Source of the DNA: Bacteroidales bacterium
GTDB lineage: Bacteria; Bacteroidota; Bacteroidia; Bacteroidales; UBA12077
DNA length: 32,000 bases
Reading direction: 5' to 3'
Assembly: GCA_028282585.1 (NCBI GenBank)
Contig: JANQHR010000046.1
Span: 82,924 to 114,923 of the forward strand
The notes beneath the pieces were generated by a model. The model saw only the letters and a list, made by a program, of their open reading frames with translations. It was not told the DNA's origin and did not search any database. Positions 19,701 to 28,030 of the stretch are shown here, piece after piece. Positions within the stretch are counted from its first letter, which is position 1, and the number at the start of each line of letters is the position of its first letter. The position numbers and the translations under genes were made by a program.

Positions 19701-22700
19701 CATGCATCCCAATTAATACTTATATACTTTGTATTTTGAGTATTTTTGTAATATGCAAAAGCATCTAAAAAAGCATTTGCTGCAGTATAATCAATTGTTC
19801 CTACATTTGGGTAAATTGCATTTAATGAAGAAAACAGTAAAACAAAATCTAAATCTAATTTAAGTTCTTCAATTATTCTATTTATTACTAAAGTTCCATA
19901 CAGTTTTGTGGTAAAGACTTCTTCAACTTTTTGTGTTGTTTTAAGTTGAATTAATCCTCCTCCGGGTAAGCCAGCACAATGTATTATTCCATCAATTCTA
20001 CCAAACTTTTTGATTCCATTTCTCACAATATTATTAACACTATTATAATTAGAAATATCTGAATTACATATTATAGTGTCATGCCCAAAGGACTTTATAA
20101 ATTTCAGCTTGTTAATTTTCTCAACTATTTGATCGGAGTTTGGTTTATTTAACAATTTATCCCATTCACTTTCATCAGGAAACTTTGATCTGCTCACTAA
20201 TATTAAATTCGCACTAACATTTTTTGCCAAATATTCAGCAATTTCTAATCCCAATCCACCTAATGCACCTGTAATTAAGTAAGCACCATTCTTTTTCAAG
20301 TATAACTCTTTATCTTTACCTGTATTAATATTTACGCGTTCATAATTTAAAGCAAAACGATGGTTATTTTGATAACTTATAATACGATCCTTAGTGTTAA
20401 TTAAAATCTCATCTAAAATACTATTAATGAGTTGTAACTCTTCTTTTTCTCCTTCAATGTTTTGAGCAATATCAACACTTTTACATCTAAAGTTAGATAA
20501 TTCTAACGGTATTGTTCTAATTGCACCAAGTAATGTTGCCTTTTCCGGATATTGAATCTGGCTACCTGAAATACTTTGCATTTGATCAGTTACAACACAG
20601 AGCTCAACTTTATTAGTTATCGAGTTATTTGCATAAGCTTTAGCAAGAAATAATAAACTATAAAATCCTAGATTTTGAGATCTTTTAACCTTTTCTATTT
20701 CTTTTAAATTGTGTTTTTCATTGGATAAGTTCCATAAATGAACAACCATTTCAGGAATAGTATTCTTATTTTTTAGATATTCAATTAATTTATTTAAATC
20801 CTTTTCGTTTCCAGGTCGAATCTCAGCCTCATTATTTTTGTTTATATTAAACTTATTACCCTCTTTAACAATTATTGTTGACTCATATATCTTATTAAAT
20901 CTATCAATAAGTCTTGAGCAAATTTTTTCATTGTTAGCAAATACTAAACAAACCTTATCTGAATTAACTTCTCCACTATCTGTGTAATTAAGAATTGTGG
21001 GTTTCCATATGGGAAAGTATGTCCAGTTATCAATACCAAGTCTTTCTTTAATATTATCGTTCACTTGCACAAGTTCGGATATATCTCTCTTTTGTAATAT
21101 ATTTTCCGCAAGAGATTCATTTATTTCAAACTTCTTTTTTGAAAATGAATATCCAGGTAATGAAATTCTTCTTCTTTCTTCACCGTGATAATACTTTTGC
21201 CAATTAATCTTTATCCCATTTAACCATAGGTATCCAATACGCGAAACGAGATAAAATACATCGGAATATTCTTGATTTTCCAGTCTAATAGTATTGAATA
21301 TTTTCTTATTTGGCACATTCTTAATAAATTGGTAGGTAATAGTACTTAATGAATTTCCTGGTCCGATTTCACAAAAAACAGGATCCTCTAATTTAGACAA
21401 CTCTTCTAATCCCTTACTAAACTGAACAGTTTTTCTTAACTGCATTACCCAATAATCAACCGAACCGGCATCCTCTATAGTAATCCATTCGCCAGTTACA
21501 TTTGATATATAAGGTATTTGGGGTGTACTTAGAACTTTAGTTTGTAGCTTTTGTTTATATTCGTTCATTATCATTTCCATATCACGAGAATGACCTGCTA
21601 CATTTATCTTAAGTCTTTGACAAATTATTCGATTTTCTTTAAGTAATTTTTCAACAAAAGAAATACTATCCACCGAACCTGAAATAATACAAGATTCTCC
21701 ATGATCAGCCGCTAAAGAAATCTGATCATTTAAATATTCTGAAAGCTTTGAACTTTCTAAAGGAATATTTAACATAACACCTTCAGGAAGTTTAGTCATT
21801 AGGTAACCTCTATAGCTTACTAAATCAAGTGCATCTTCCAGGGTTAAAACACCAGATAAACAGGCAGCTGTGTACTCACCAATACTATGGCCAATCAGAG
21901 CAGAAGGTTTTATATCCCAATCCATTAATAACTTTGCTAACGAATATTCAATTACAAAAGTAATAACCGGTGAAACATCAATATTATCAATAACAGTTTC
22001 ATTCAAAAATTCTTCTGTTGATGGATAAATAATTTCTTTATAATTATAATCAGAAATGGTACTTAGTATCTTGAAACAGTTATCCATTACATTTCTAAAT
22101 TCAGGTTCTGTTTTATAAAGCCCCAGCCCCATATTAATATATTGAGAACCCTGGCCTGAAAACATAAAGACAATAGGAGAATTACTGTTTTGACATATTT
22201 TCTTTATAAATCCCTTTTCCTCTACTTTATTTAATTTGCCCAATGCATCGTCAATATCAGAACAAATAAGGTATGCTCTATGATCAAATTCTTTTCTTCC
22301 AACACTTAAAGTATATGAAATATCTGATAAATTAATGTCACAATTATTTTGTAGAAATTCCGTTAATTTTTTGATATTTTCTTTTAAAGATTCTTCGTTA
22401 TTAGCCGAAACCAGTAATAACTTATACTCCTTTTCTTGTTTGCTATATTTTAATTCAGGCGCTTCCTCTATAATTACATGGGCGTTTGTACCTCCTATTC
22501 CAAATGAGCTAACTCCTGCGCGTAAAGGATATTCATTATTAGTCCATTCCTTCAAATTTCGATTTATATAAAATGGAGAATCCTCTATACCTAAACTGGG
22601 ATTAGGTTCTTCGAAGTTTATACTTGGCGGTATCATTCTATGTTTTAACGAAAGAATTCCTTTAATAAAACTTCCTACTCCCGATGCGGTGCCCATATGG

Positions 22701-23767
22701 CCTACATTTGCTTTTAGCGACCCTATTCCGCAAAAGGACTTCTTTGAGCTATTAAACGCTTTTTTTAAAGCTTCAATCTCAACGGGATCTCCCAACTTAG
22801 TTCCTGTTCCATGAGCTTCAATATATCCAACACTTTCAGAAGGAACTTCTGCCATCTTTAATGCAGCTTCAATTACAGATTTCTGCCCCTTAACACTTGG
22901 AGCTGTATATCCAACCTTTTGATTTCCATCATTATTAACCGAGGAACCTTTAATAATAGCATAGATATTATCACGATCTTTTATTGCATGATTTAATTTC
23001 TTTAATACAACCAAACCTACACCCTCGCCTACTGCAATACCACTTGCATTTTTATCAAAAGCTCTACAATGTCCATCCTTAGATAACACCATTCCCTCTT
23101 TATAGACATAGCCCTTTGATTCTAAAATATTTAAATTAACACCACCAGCAACAGCCATATCACATTCTCCGGTCAACAAAGCCCTGCATGCCAAATGTAT
23201 TGCTACAAGTGAAGTAGAACATGTTGACTGTACTAAAACACTTGGTCCTTTTAAGTTTAAATTATATGAAACTCTTGTTGTTAAATAGTCCCTCTCGTTA
23301 AATAAAGAAGCAAAAAATGTATCTAAACCCAGTTCTCTTTCATTTAACATGGATATTACTTTCCATTCAAAGTCTGAGGAAGATCCGGCATATAATCCAA
23401 TAGAACCTTTATAATCCTCCGGATTATATCCTGCATCCTCTAATGCATGCCATGTAGATTCATGTAAAATCCTAGATTGAGGATTTAATGCTTGTGCCTC
23501 GTTTGGGGCGTATCCGAAAAAATCAGGATCAAAAAGATCCTTACCATCCATTATTCCTCCCTTACAATTTACATATTGACTGTCGTTTTTTACTTTTGGA
23601 TCAATATCTAGATTTTCAACCTCTCCTTTGGTTAAAAAAGTTATTGATTCAACTCCATTCTTTAAATTTTCCCAGAATTCAATCGTATTAACAGCTCCTG
23701 GAAATCTTGCTGAAATTCCGATAACAGCTATTTCAAGACCATTATATTTAGAGTTTTGTTTAGTCAT
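13721..23767 (-). CDS. Hybrid PKS-NRPS: KS-AT-KR-DH-T-C-A(Gly)-T-C
   Basis: 3348 aa. KS STCSTSLVAIH, EAHGTGT, KANVGH; AT FSGQGSQ, GHSIGEYTAA; KR LITGALGGLGL and FSSLNA...DYTAANAF; DH EHRILDKATMPG and HPGLVDVALS; T FFELGGNSVKA; C HHIIADA; A YTTGSTGTPKG; T FFDLGGHSLKA; terminal C HHIISDA. Confidence 0.96.
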   Translation of the reverse strand: MTKQNSKYNGLEIAVIGISARFPGAVNTIEFWENLKNGVESITFLTKGEVENLDIDPKVKNDSQYVNCKGGIMDGKDLFDPDFFGYAPNEAQALNPQSRILHESTWHALEDAGYNPEDYKGSIGLYAGSSSDFEWKVISMLNERELGLDTFFASLFNERDYLTTRVSYNLNLKGPSVLVQSTCSTSLVAIHLACRALLTGECDMAVAGGVNLNILESKGYVYKEGMVLSKDGHCRAFDKNASGIAVGEGVGLVVLKKLNHAIKDRDNIYAIIKGSSVNNDGNQKVGYTAPSVKGQKSVIEAALKMAEVPSESVGYIEAHGTGTKLGDPVEIEALKKAFNSSKKSFCGIGSLKANVGHMGTASGVGSFIKGILSLKHRMIPPSINFEEPNPSLGIEDSPFYINRNLKEWTNNEYPLRAGVSSFGIGGTNAHVIIEEAPELKYSKQEKEYKLLLVSANNEESLKENIKKLTEFLQNNCDINLSDISYTLSVGRKEFDHRAYLICSDIDDALGKLNKVEEKGFIKKICQNSNSPIVFMFSGQGSQYINMGLGLYKTEPEFRNVMDNCFKILSTISDYNYKEIIYPSTEEFLNETVIDNIDVSPVITFVIEYSLAKLLMDWDIKPSALIGHSIGEYTAACLSGVLTLEDALDLVSYRGYLMTKLPEGVMLNIPLESSKLSEYLNDQISLAADHGESCIISGSVDSISFVEKLLKENRIICQRLKINVAGHSRDMEMIMNEYKQKLQTKVLSTPQIPYISNVTGEWITIEDAGSVDYWVMQLRKTVQFSKGLEELSKLEDPVFCEIGPGNSLSTITYQFIKNVPNKKIFNTIRLENQEYSDVFYLVSRIGYLWLNGIKINWQKYYHGEERRRISLPGYSFSKKKFEINESLAENILQKRDISELVQVNDNIKERLGIDNWTYFPIWKPTILNYTDSGEVNSDKVCLVFANNEKICSRLIDRFNKIYESTIIVKEGNKFNINKNNEAEIRPGNEKDLNKLIEYLKNKNTIPEMVVHLWNLSNEKHNLKEIEKVKRSQNLGFYSLLFLAKAYANNSITNKVELCVVTDQMQSISGSQIQYPEKATLLGAIRTIPLELSNFRCKSVDIAQNIEGEKEELQLINSILDEILINTKDRIISYQNNHRFALNYERVNINTGKDKELYLKKNGAYLITGALGGLGLEIAEYLAKNVSANLILVSRSKFPDESEWDKLLNKPNSDQIVEKINKLKFIKSFGHDTIICNSDISNYNSVNNIVRNGIKKFGRIDGIIHCAGLPGGGLIQLKTTQKVEEVFTTKLYGTLVINRIIEELKLDLDFVLLFSSLNAIYPNVGTIDYTAANAFLDAFAYYKNTQNTKYISINWDAWQEVGGAVKTLKQLSNPFNENSFIKRKIDHFLFRKYISNENESILISYIHSENDWIVNEHRILDKATMPGTGYLQMLYAAVQFLYPKNDSVEIRALHILRAMVFEKDENKEIHTIITQKGDLLDFKILSYYEDEDSWIEHCKGQVSILEAKLNIQENIDYFKNQELKPTKALENNLHENEYLRFGKRWRNNNVKIKVGENIGLSDIIIGEESLEDLKEYSLHPGLVDVALSPILSKGAFLPAYYHKITIIKPLTKNFCSLVRLNKSENEDFINYDFVLSDDSGTILKVEGYNLLDISNSEIKSTDSGELSNYTSSDFINYVSPEKIIKEESEKVNYYLKDAIKPSEGKIIFSRALACNLNQIIVSTIDLEQRKIDDNKELESKLINSSSSVKNLNLRTRPELSTNYVAPNNDIEEQLVKIWEDHLTFEGIGVFDDFFELGGNSVKAILIINSIREKLNFNIKIADFFKNKNVKKLTDYLNRSSIADSTNSINILPSEKKEYYTISSAQKRLFILDSLTNRTISFNLPHCYRIKGEFYTERLQCSIELLIKRYESLRTSFKIIKGDAVQIVHDPEEILFDKLNVTKIDNNELEDIFENSILPFDLSKAPLFRIKVFKISDDDHLLFIDIHHIIADAYSCRLFINQLFDTYQSNSTSFKPINIQYKEFGIWQENRNKLEEFESQKKYWLNLLNGNLPILNLPVDFSRPVLQSTNSDLIVVELDSVLTTKIKEFCTNIGVTSYVYFLSVYYILLYKYTNQKDIIIGSTIFGRSSKDFEELIGIFINILPIRIQIDIKQTLLDFFNLIKDKTIEAMSNQDYQFDDLVNDLKIERDTSHNPVFEAGFSYLGFDESSELKNLSDNLDIKPVKIFNKEAAKNDITIYCNESDTIEISVEYCSDIFRKDFINQFTNHFRNLLITLIDNSSVRLYDIECNLPDEKSKLIERFNETTYEYPQTRSIHELFEDRSDDTPDHVAISYGKSLLTYKELSIRSNQMANYLRDQGVLPGQTIGLLSGRSLELIIGIFGILKSGCSYLPLDPSYPELRIKNIIESSGIDYLLSDNSLNKVLTDNLTVLDINYPLIHTYPGLLSFPDTTTPTDLAYIIYTTGSTGTPKGVMIEHKSLVNFVYGINKEIPFSTTDCLFSLTTISFDIFGLELFVPLLRGSRLVLGNEQEQLDGDLILRRLEEFGVTILQLTPSRLQLLLGSDRVGRSLRNLKSLLLGGEELSLQLLENVRQLTNAEIFNMYGPTETTIWSSIKNVTREKEISIGKPIVNTQLYVLDESNGLVPQGCIGELCIGGDGLARGYFQDEALSSEKFIEHPFESTGKLYKTGDLARWLPDGNLMFLGRTDYQVKIRGFRIELREIERVILGHENISECVVLCREEEGDKYLCAYYVPGSKIDQSELRNYLGGILPDYMVPGYFEELTSLPLTSNGKIDRKSLPKPEIRSGKDYVAPRSTTELQLVKIWSEILQIEEKEISINDSFFDLGGHSLKATILISRIFEEFNVKLTLSDVFINQDISKLSAVVNSSKKLEYETIKSSEKKDYYELSAAQRRLFLLYQLNKNSTSYNLPGIYSFEDELDKDLIKDIFLKLINRHESLRTSFSYYNDKLIQKITDDVNFDIEYIDLRNLNNQDFKKSSNLNQVIKNFIQPFDLNDPPLLRACIAQTESKSYLLFDLHHIISDAISNDILIEDFLSLYNKKELFPLKLQYKDYAEWANSQHNLNLDKQLNYWLNKFKDPFEILKLPVNRIKLEEPESENYLFSIDKNLHKKIREYTKGNNTTLYAFLLSVYNILLFKYTNQENFFIGTPVAGRIDNNLNNIVGFFINMLPVKSYIDTDLEYETYLNKIKNETIVDFENQDLPYDELIFHLRKSGKLSEFDLINTVFTMQYIDEGTNQINNTINAQREKNLHNKNLKYLLTLDAFGSSSRTNMLFRYASDSFNQDFISQMADHFQRIIELVINNNSIILSQINLTNNYILANSELIENHEEEFNF
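15370..16860 (-). other. Adenylation domain, predicted Gly
   Basis: Hand-extracted code D-I-L-Q-L-G-M-I-W-K from FDIFGLE / LQLTPS / SLLLGGEE / NMYGPTETTIW / A10 Lys; matches the Gly code DILQLG[LM]IWK. Confidence 0.82.
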
Positions 23768-23888
23768 CTTCCTCTACTTTGGATAGTAAATAAAAATACA
23801 TTTAGATCAGTATTTATATTCTAAAGTTTATGATATAAACTATTGATCGATTATAAAATCTATAACACTTAGGTTTAAGTATGTCTAA

Positions 23889-25058
23889 TTATTTAGTATT
23901 GTAATAATACTTTCTGAGTGCGTAACTGGATATTATGTTTTTTTGTATTTGTGATGTTCCTTCAATTATCTCCAATACCTTAGCTTCTCTAAATAACCTT
24001 TCAACAGGGTATTCTGAATAACATCCATTTCCTCCATGAACTTGTACAGCATCAATAGCAACATTCATTGCAATTTTTGAGGAAAAATATTTTGCAATTG
24101 TAGTTTTTATTACAGCTTCATGACCTTTATTCATTCTATTATTTGCAGCTTCAATACATAAGGCTCTTGCTGCATGGATATTTGTAGTAGCATCAGCAAT
24201 CATTCCCTGAATATGTTGAAAGGTATGTATACCTTTCCCAAATTGATTTCTATTTCTTGAATATTTCACCATTGCATCTAACGCTTCCTGTGCAATAGCA
24301 ACACCCGCCCAAGCAATACTATATCTTCCATTATCAAGCGCAGTATTAACAACAAATGAAAAGCCGCATCCTTCTTTGCTTAACAAATTCTCACGAGGTA
24401 TTTCTACATTTTTAAATTCAATTTCTGATATATGTGAAGCTTTATTAGCTAATAAACCTTTTATTGGCTTAACTTCTATCCCCTCATAATTGCGTTCAAC
24501 AATAAAAGTAGATATTCCTTTTTCTCCTCTTGCTACAACTATGAAGAAATCAGCAATTTCAGCAAAACTTATCCATTTTTTCTTTCCATTTAGAATATAT
24601 CCGGAATTAGAATCTGAATATGAACACTGAATATTTTTTGCATCCGTACCTACATTTGGTTCAGTTAAAGCAAAAGCCCCAATCTTCTCTCCTGTTGACA
24701 TCATTGGTAACCATCTCATCTTTTGTTCAATACTCCCCCATTTTAGCAAAGTTTCAGCAACTAAAGAGGTATTAACAGTTATTAATCCACGCGTATTACA
24801 ACATGCTTTACCAATTTCTTCCGTAAACAATCCATAATGAAGTGAATCTAGCTCAAGGCCACCAAAATCTCTTGGTATACTTGCAGTTAAGTATCCATTT
24901 TTAGCTAAATTAGTAATTAAATCATTTGGCAGTTTTTCCTCGTTTTCAAAAATAGTAGCAAAAGGCCTTATCTTTTTTTGAGCAAATTCTTTTACTTCTT
25001 CAATAACAGTATTTTGATCTATCAAATTATTCATTGCCTCTTTAGTTATAAACTGCAA
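23889..25058 (-). CDS. Acyl-CoA/acyl-ACP dehydrogenase, FkbI-like (hydroxymalonyl-ACP formation)
   Basis: 389 aa; GAFALTEPNVGTD, GYILNGKKKWIS, FGKGIHTFQHIQGMIAD, VQVHGGNGCYSEYPVERLFREAKVLEIIEGTSQIQ; genomic context with FkbH, FkbK, ACP and methyltransferase. Start may be TTG at 25058 or ATG near 25034. Confidence 0.9.
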   Translation of the reverse strand: MQFITKEAMNNLIDQNTVIEEVKEFAQKKIRPFATIFENEEKLPNDLITNLAKNGYLTASIPRDFGGLELDSLHYGLFTEEIGKACCNTRGLITVNTSLVAETLLKWGSIEQKMRWLPMMSTGEKIGAFALTEPNVGTDAKNIQCSYSDSNSGYILNGKKKWISFAEIADFFIVVARGEKGISTFIVERNYEGIEVKPIKGLLANKASHISEIEFKNVEIPRENLLSKEGCGFSFVVNTALDNGRYSIAWAGVAIAQEALDAMVKYSRNRNQFGKGIHTFQHIQGMIADATTNIHAARALCIEAANNRMNKGHEAVIKTTIAKYFSSKIAMNVAIDAVQVHGGNGCYSEYPVERLFREAKVLEIIEGTSQIQKNIISSYALRKYYYNTK

Positions 25059-25747
25059 ATGGCAACGGTAAAATCGTAGACATACCCATTACTACTCAAG
25101 CTCTGCCTCACTTTTAAACCTCCATTCTCCAGTATATTAATCAGTTCCGACTCTTTCAATAGTTCTCTGTATCCTAAATTGAGTTCTGGATGCATTTCCA
25201 TAAAAACTCGTGTTAGAACAGTATCTGTAGGTACTGAGATAATTATAACACCATCTTCGGCTACATATTTTTTATGTTGCTCAATGATTGATGTTTTATC
25301 CATAAAGTGTTCAATAAGCCCAAAACTCCCTACAATATCATACTTTTGATCCAGTGATAAGTCAAAAATATCTTCACGTAAGTAAGATATATTTTTAACA
25401 ACAGTATCCTTTATCAGTGAAAAAGAATTAAACGCTTCTTCTGATTTGTCAACAAGCGTGGCCCTTCCTCCATACTGATTTAAAAGCCATCGGCTTAAAA
25501 ATCCAGTTGCGGCTCCTAACTCAAGTATTTTAGGATTTGATTTTATTTTTTCTGTTGATAAAAGTTCAAGCATTAGTCTAGTAAAAGAAAACGATAATCT
25601 GAATTTGTCTTCTTTTAATAATTCTCGTATTTGAAAAAATAGCTTTTCTTTATCACAACTATTGATTAGTTCCTTATTTCTATCCTTTGAAAAAAACATG
25701 TCCCATTCGAAACCTTCTTTTGATAAATAATCTGTTGTTATATACAT
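25046..25747 (-). CDS. SAM-dependent O-methyltransferase (FkbG-position, predicted methoxymalonyl-ACP formation)
   Basis: 233 aa, class I SAM motif ILELGAATGFLSRWLL, DLSLDQKYDIVGSFGLIEHF; cassette context. Confidence 0.8.
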   Translation of the reverse strand: MYITTDYLSKEGFEWDMFFSKDRNKELINSCDKEKLFFQIRELLKEDKFRLSFSFTRLMLELLSTEKIKSNPKILELGAATGFLSRWLLNQYGGRATLVDKSEEAFNSFSLIKDTVVKNISYLREDIFDLSLDQKYDIVGSFGLIEHFMDKTSIIEQHKKYVAEDGVIIISVPTDTVLTRVFMEMHPELNLGYRELLKESELINILENGGLKVRQSLSSNGYVYDFTVAICSL

Positions 25748-25788
25748 TTTAAAAACGATATTATTTAATCCGATAAAAGCAATTATGT

Positions 25789-26034
25789 TCAGTTCCTATT
25801 TTTATTGATAAGATTAATGATATTATCAATAGAACTAAAATTTGAGATATCAATATCTTCATTATTTACAGAAATACTAAACTCACTCTCCACATAACTA
25901 AGCAGTTTCATTGCAAAAAGAGAATTAACAAATCCTTTTTCAAAAATGTTATCACTATCAGAAAAAATGACTTCATCATTAAAAACTATTAAATTGCTTT
26001 CGATGAATTTTCTAATCTTATCTTTAGTTTCCAT
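25789..26034 (-). CDS. Acyl carrier protein of the methoxymalonyl-ACP cassette (FkbJ-like)
   Basis: 81 aa; DSDNIFEKGFVNSLFAMKLLSYVESEF, phosphopantetheine-Ser region in the expected place; sits between methyltransferase and FkbH. Confidence 0.85.
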   Translation of the reverse strand: METKDKIRKFIESNLIVFNDEVIFSDSDNIFEKGFVNSLFAMKLLSYVESEFSISVNNEDIDISNFSSIDNIINLINKNRN

Positions 26035-26046
26035 AATTTTAAAAAT

Positions 26047-27081
26047 TTAGTTTATTGATAATTTAATATATGGTGGAAATTCTTGAATTTTTTCAAGAGT
26101 ATTTTCGAATTTTATGTAGCCGTTATCTAAAACTAATACTTCCTTAAAATTGGAAAATTTATATGTTACGTACATCATTTTATTACGATCCGTCTTGATA
26201 AAATCTGCAGTTACCTTTTTATTTTCTGTTTTTGCTTGTTTCATAATATAAGAAAGTAGTACTGATCCTACACCACGTGATATAACTCGACAAGACATTA
26301 ATAATAGTTTTACTTCCCATGTAATTTCGGTAATATGTATTAAACCCAAACCTATTTTTCCATATGATCCATACTTGTCTTTTAATTCACAAACCAATAA
26401 TTTATGATTAGGAGATGATCTAAAATAGTTAAGTTCCTTATAACTATATGTTTTCCCTGTTGCATTTAATTGATTAGTACGCACAGTCAACTCCTCGGCT
26501 CGTTGAAGATCTTCTTCAGCTGCTTCTGAAATAATAAATTCCATATTTAATGAGGCTAAAAACTCATCTTTGGGTCCTTCATACTCTTCTTCAAGTCTTG
26601 TTCTTTTAATATTCTCAAGATACATTAATCTTCTTCGTTGAGAATCTTTTGTTATAAATTTCGGATTAAATCGTGATCTAGATAATAATTCTTTATAATC
26701 TACTGAATCAATACATTCAACTTGAGGACACTGGGATTTAACCTCCTCTCTTTCATATGGTTGATCATCAATAAAAACAATTGTATCAATTCCAATATTT
26801 AAATCTTTTTGTATTTGAGCGACCGATGCTGACTTAGCATTCCAATTAATTTGAGGATATAAAAAATAATGATCTATGCTGAATTCTTTCAATTTTCTCA
26901 TAGCATCATCATAGTTATTCTTACTTGATATTGAGTTTAAAATCCCTCTAGAATCTAATGTATTTAATATATCCTCTATACCGGTTTTTAATTTTATGGT
27001 TTTAGACTCAGTTAAAACATTATCCCAAATTGTGTTATCTAAATCCCAAATAACACATTTAACCTCTTTCTTATATTCCAC
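26047..27081 (-). CDS. fkbH: FkbH-like HAD-family protein (glyceryl-ACP formation)
   Basis: 344 aa; CVIWDLDNTIWDNVL, GILNSISSKNNYDDA, IVFIDDQPYEREEV, C-terminal acetyltransferase-like LLMSCRVISRGVGSVLL. Confidence 0.93.
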   Translation of the reverse strand: MEYKKEVKCVIWDLDNTIWDNVLTESKTIKLKTGIEDILNTLDSRGILNSISSKNNYDDAMRKLKEFSIDHYFLYPQINWNAKSASVAQIQKDLNIGIDTIVFIDDQPYEREEVKSQCPQVECIDSVDYKELLSRSRFNPKFITKDSQRRRLMYLENIKRTRLEEEYEGPKDEFLASLNMEFIISEAAEEDLQRAEELTVRTNQLNATGKTYSYKELNYFRSSPNHKLLVCELKDKYGSYGKIGLGLIHITEITWEVKLLLMSCRVISRGVGSVLLSYIMKQAKTENKKVTADFIKTDRNKMMYVTYKFSNFKEVLVLDNGYIKFENTLEKIQEFPPYIKLSIN

Positions 27082-27099
27082 CTTATTAATAGATAAACA

Positions 27100-28014
27100 T
27101 TAGTATTTATAAAATCCTTTGCCCGTTTTTTTACCATAATCTCCAGCATGTACCATTTTTTTCAACAAAGGACAACATCTAAATTTAGGATCCTGATATT
27201 CCTCATAAAGAACATCTAACGAATTAACAACCGTATCTAAACCTATTAAGTCAGCTGTTTCTAACGGGCCCATTTTATGGCCATAACCACGCTTAAATAT
27301 TTCATCAATTTTATCAGGGCTAGCAACTTGGTCTTGAACCAAAAATGCAGCTTCATTCATAAATAAATGTGACAGTCGATTTGCAACAAAACCTGGAAAG
27401 TCTTCTACAACTATTGCCTTTTTATTTAATAGTTTAAGTATTTTCTCTGCTTTATCAATTGTGTCTTTACTAGTATGATATCCTTTAACAACTTCCACTA
27501 TATTTTTAAGTGGAACGGGATTCATAAAATGTAATCCAATCACGTTTTCGGATTTTTCAAATTCGCCTGCAATTTTAGTTATTGAAATACAACTAGTATT
27601 TACAGCAAAAATTTCCCATTCAATTTTTTCGTTTTTTAACTCTGTGTATAAACTCTTTTTAGTATTCCAATTTTCGGTTATATTTTCAACAATAATATCA
27701 AGTTCTTTAAAATCCTCCCATTCTTTTGTAAAAGTAATCTTAGCCAAAACGTGCTCTGTACTTACATGAGCAAATTCCTGTTTTATCATTTTCACTAACC
27801 TTAATTCACTACCTAGCTTTTGTTTGGCATTAAGTAGTGCATTTTCTGAAATATCCTTCAATATTACATTACAATTGTTCAGTGCAAAATCAAGAGCAAC
27901 GCCTACTCCCATAACCCCTGCTCCGATTACACCAACACTTATTTCTTTATTCATTTTTCTATTTTTAATAAACAATCTATATATGTTAGAATGGATGTAT
28001 CCAGTATGTTGCAA
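27100..28014 (-). CDS. 3-hydroxyacyl-CoA/ACP dehydrogenase, FkbK-like
   Basis: 304 aa; VGVIGAGVMGVGVALDFAL Rossmann motif, VENITENWNTK, ENVIGLHFMNPVPLKNIVEVV, GFVANRLSHLFMNEA, GHKMGPLETADLIGLDTV; cassette context. Confidence 0.93.
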   Translation of the reverse strand: MQHTGYIHSNIYRLFIKNRKMNKEISVGVIGAGVMGVGVALDFALNNCNVILKDISENALLNAKQKLGSELRLVKMIKQEFAHVSTEHVLAKITFTKEWEDFKELDIIVENITENWNTKKSLYTELKNEKIEWEIFAVNTSCISITKIAGEFEKSENVIGLHFMNPVPLKNIVEVVKGYHTSKDTIDKAEKILKLLNKKAIVVEDFPGFVANRLSHLFMNEAAFLVQDQVASPDKIDEIFKRGYGHKMGPLETADLIGLDTVVNSLDVLYEEYQDPKFRCCPLLKKMVHAGDYGKKTGKGFYKY

Positions 28015-28030
28015 CTATAGTTGACTGAAT

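Noticed and set aside
20997-23691. Plus-strand short ORFs antisense to the PKS (20997, 22335, 23488) and in-frame shadows at 13279, 27824, 28152, 30171, 5644, 860
   Set aside because: All overlap strong minus-strand domains and show no independent coding evidence.
23768-23888. 121-nt gap considered for an internal promoter before the PKS gene
   Set aside because: No recognisable Bacteroidota promoter pair in the minus-strand orientation; operon read-through remains the simplest view.
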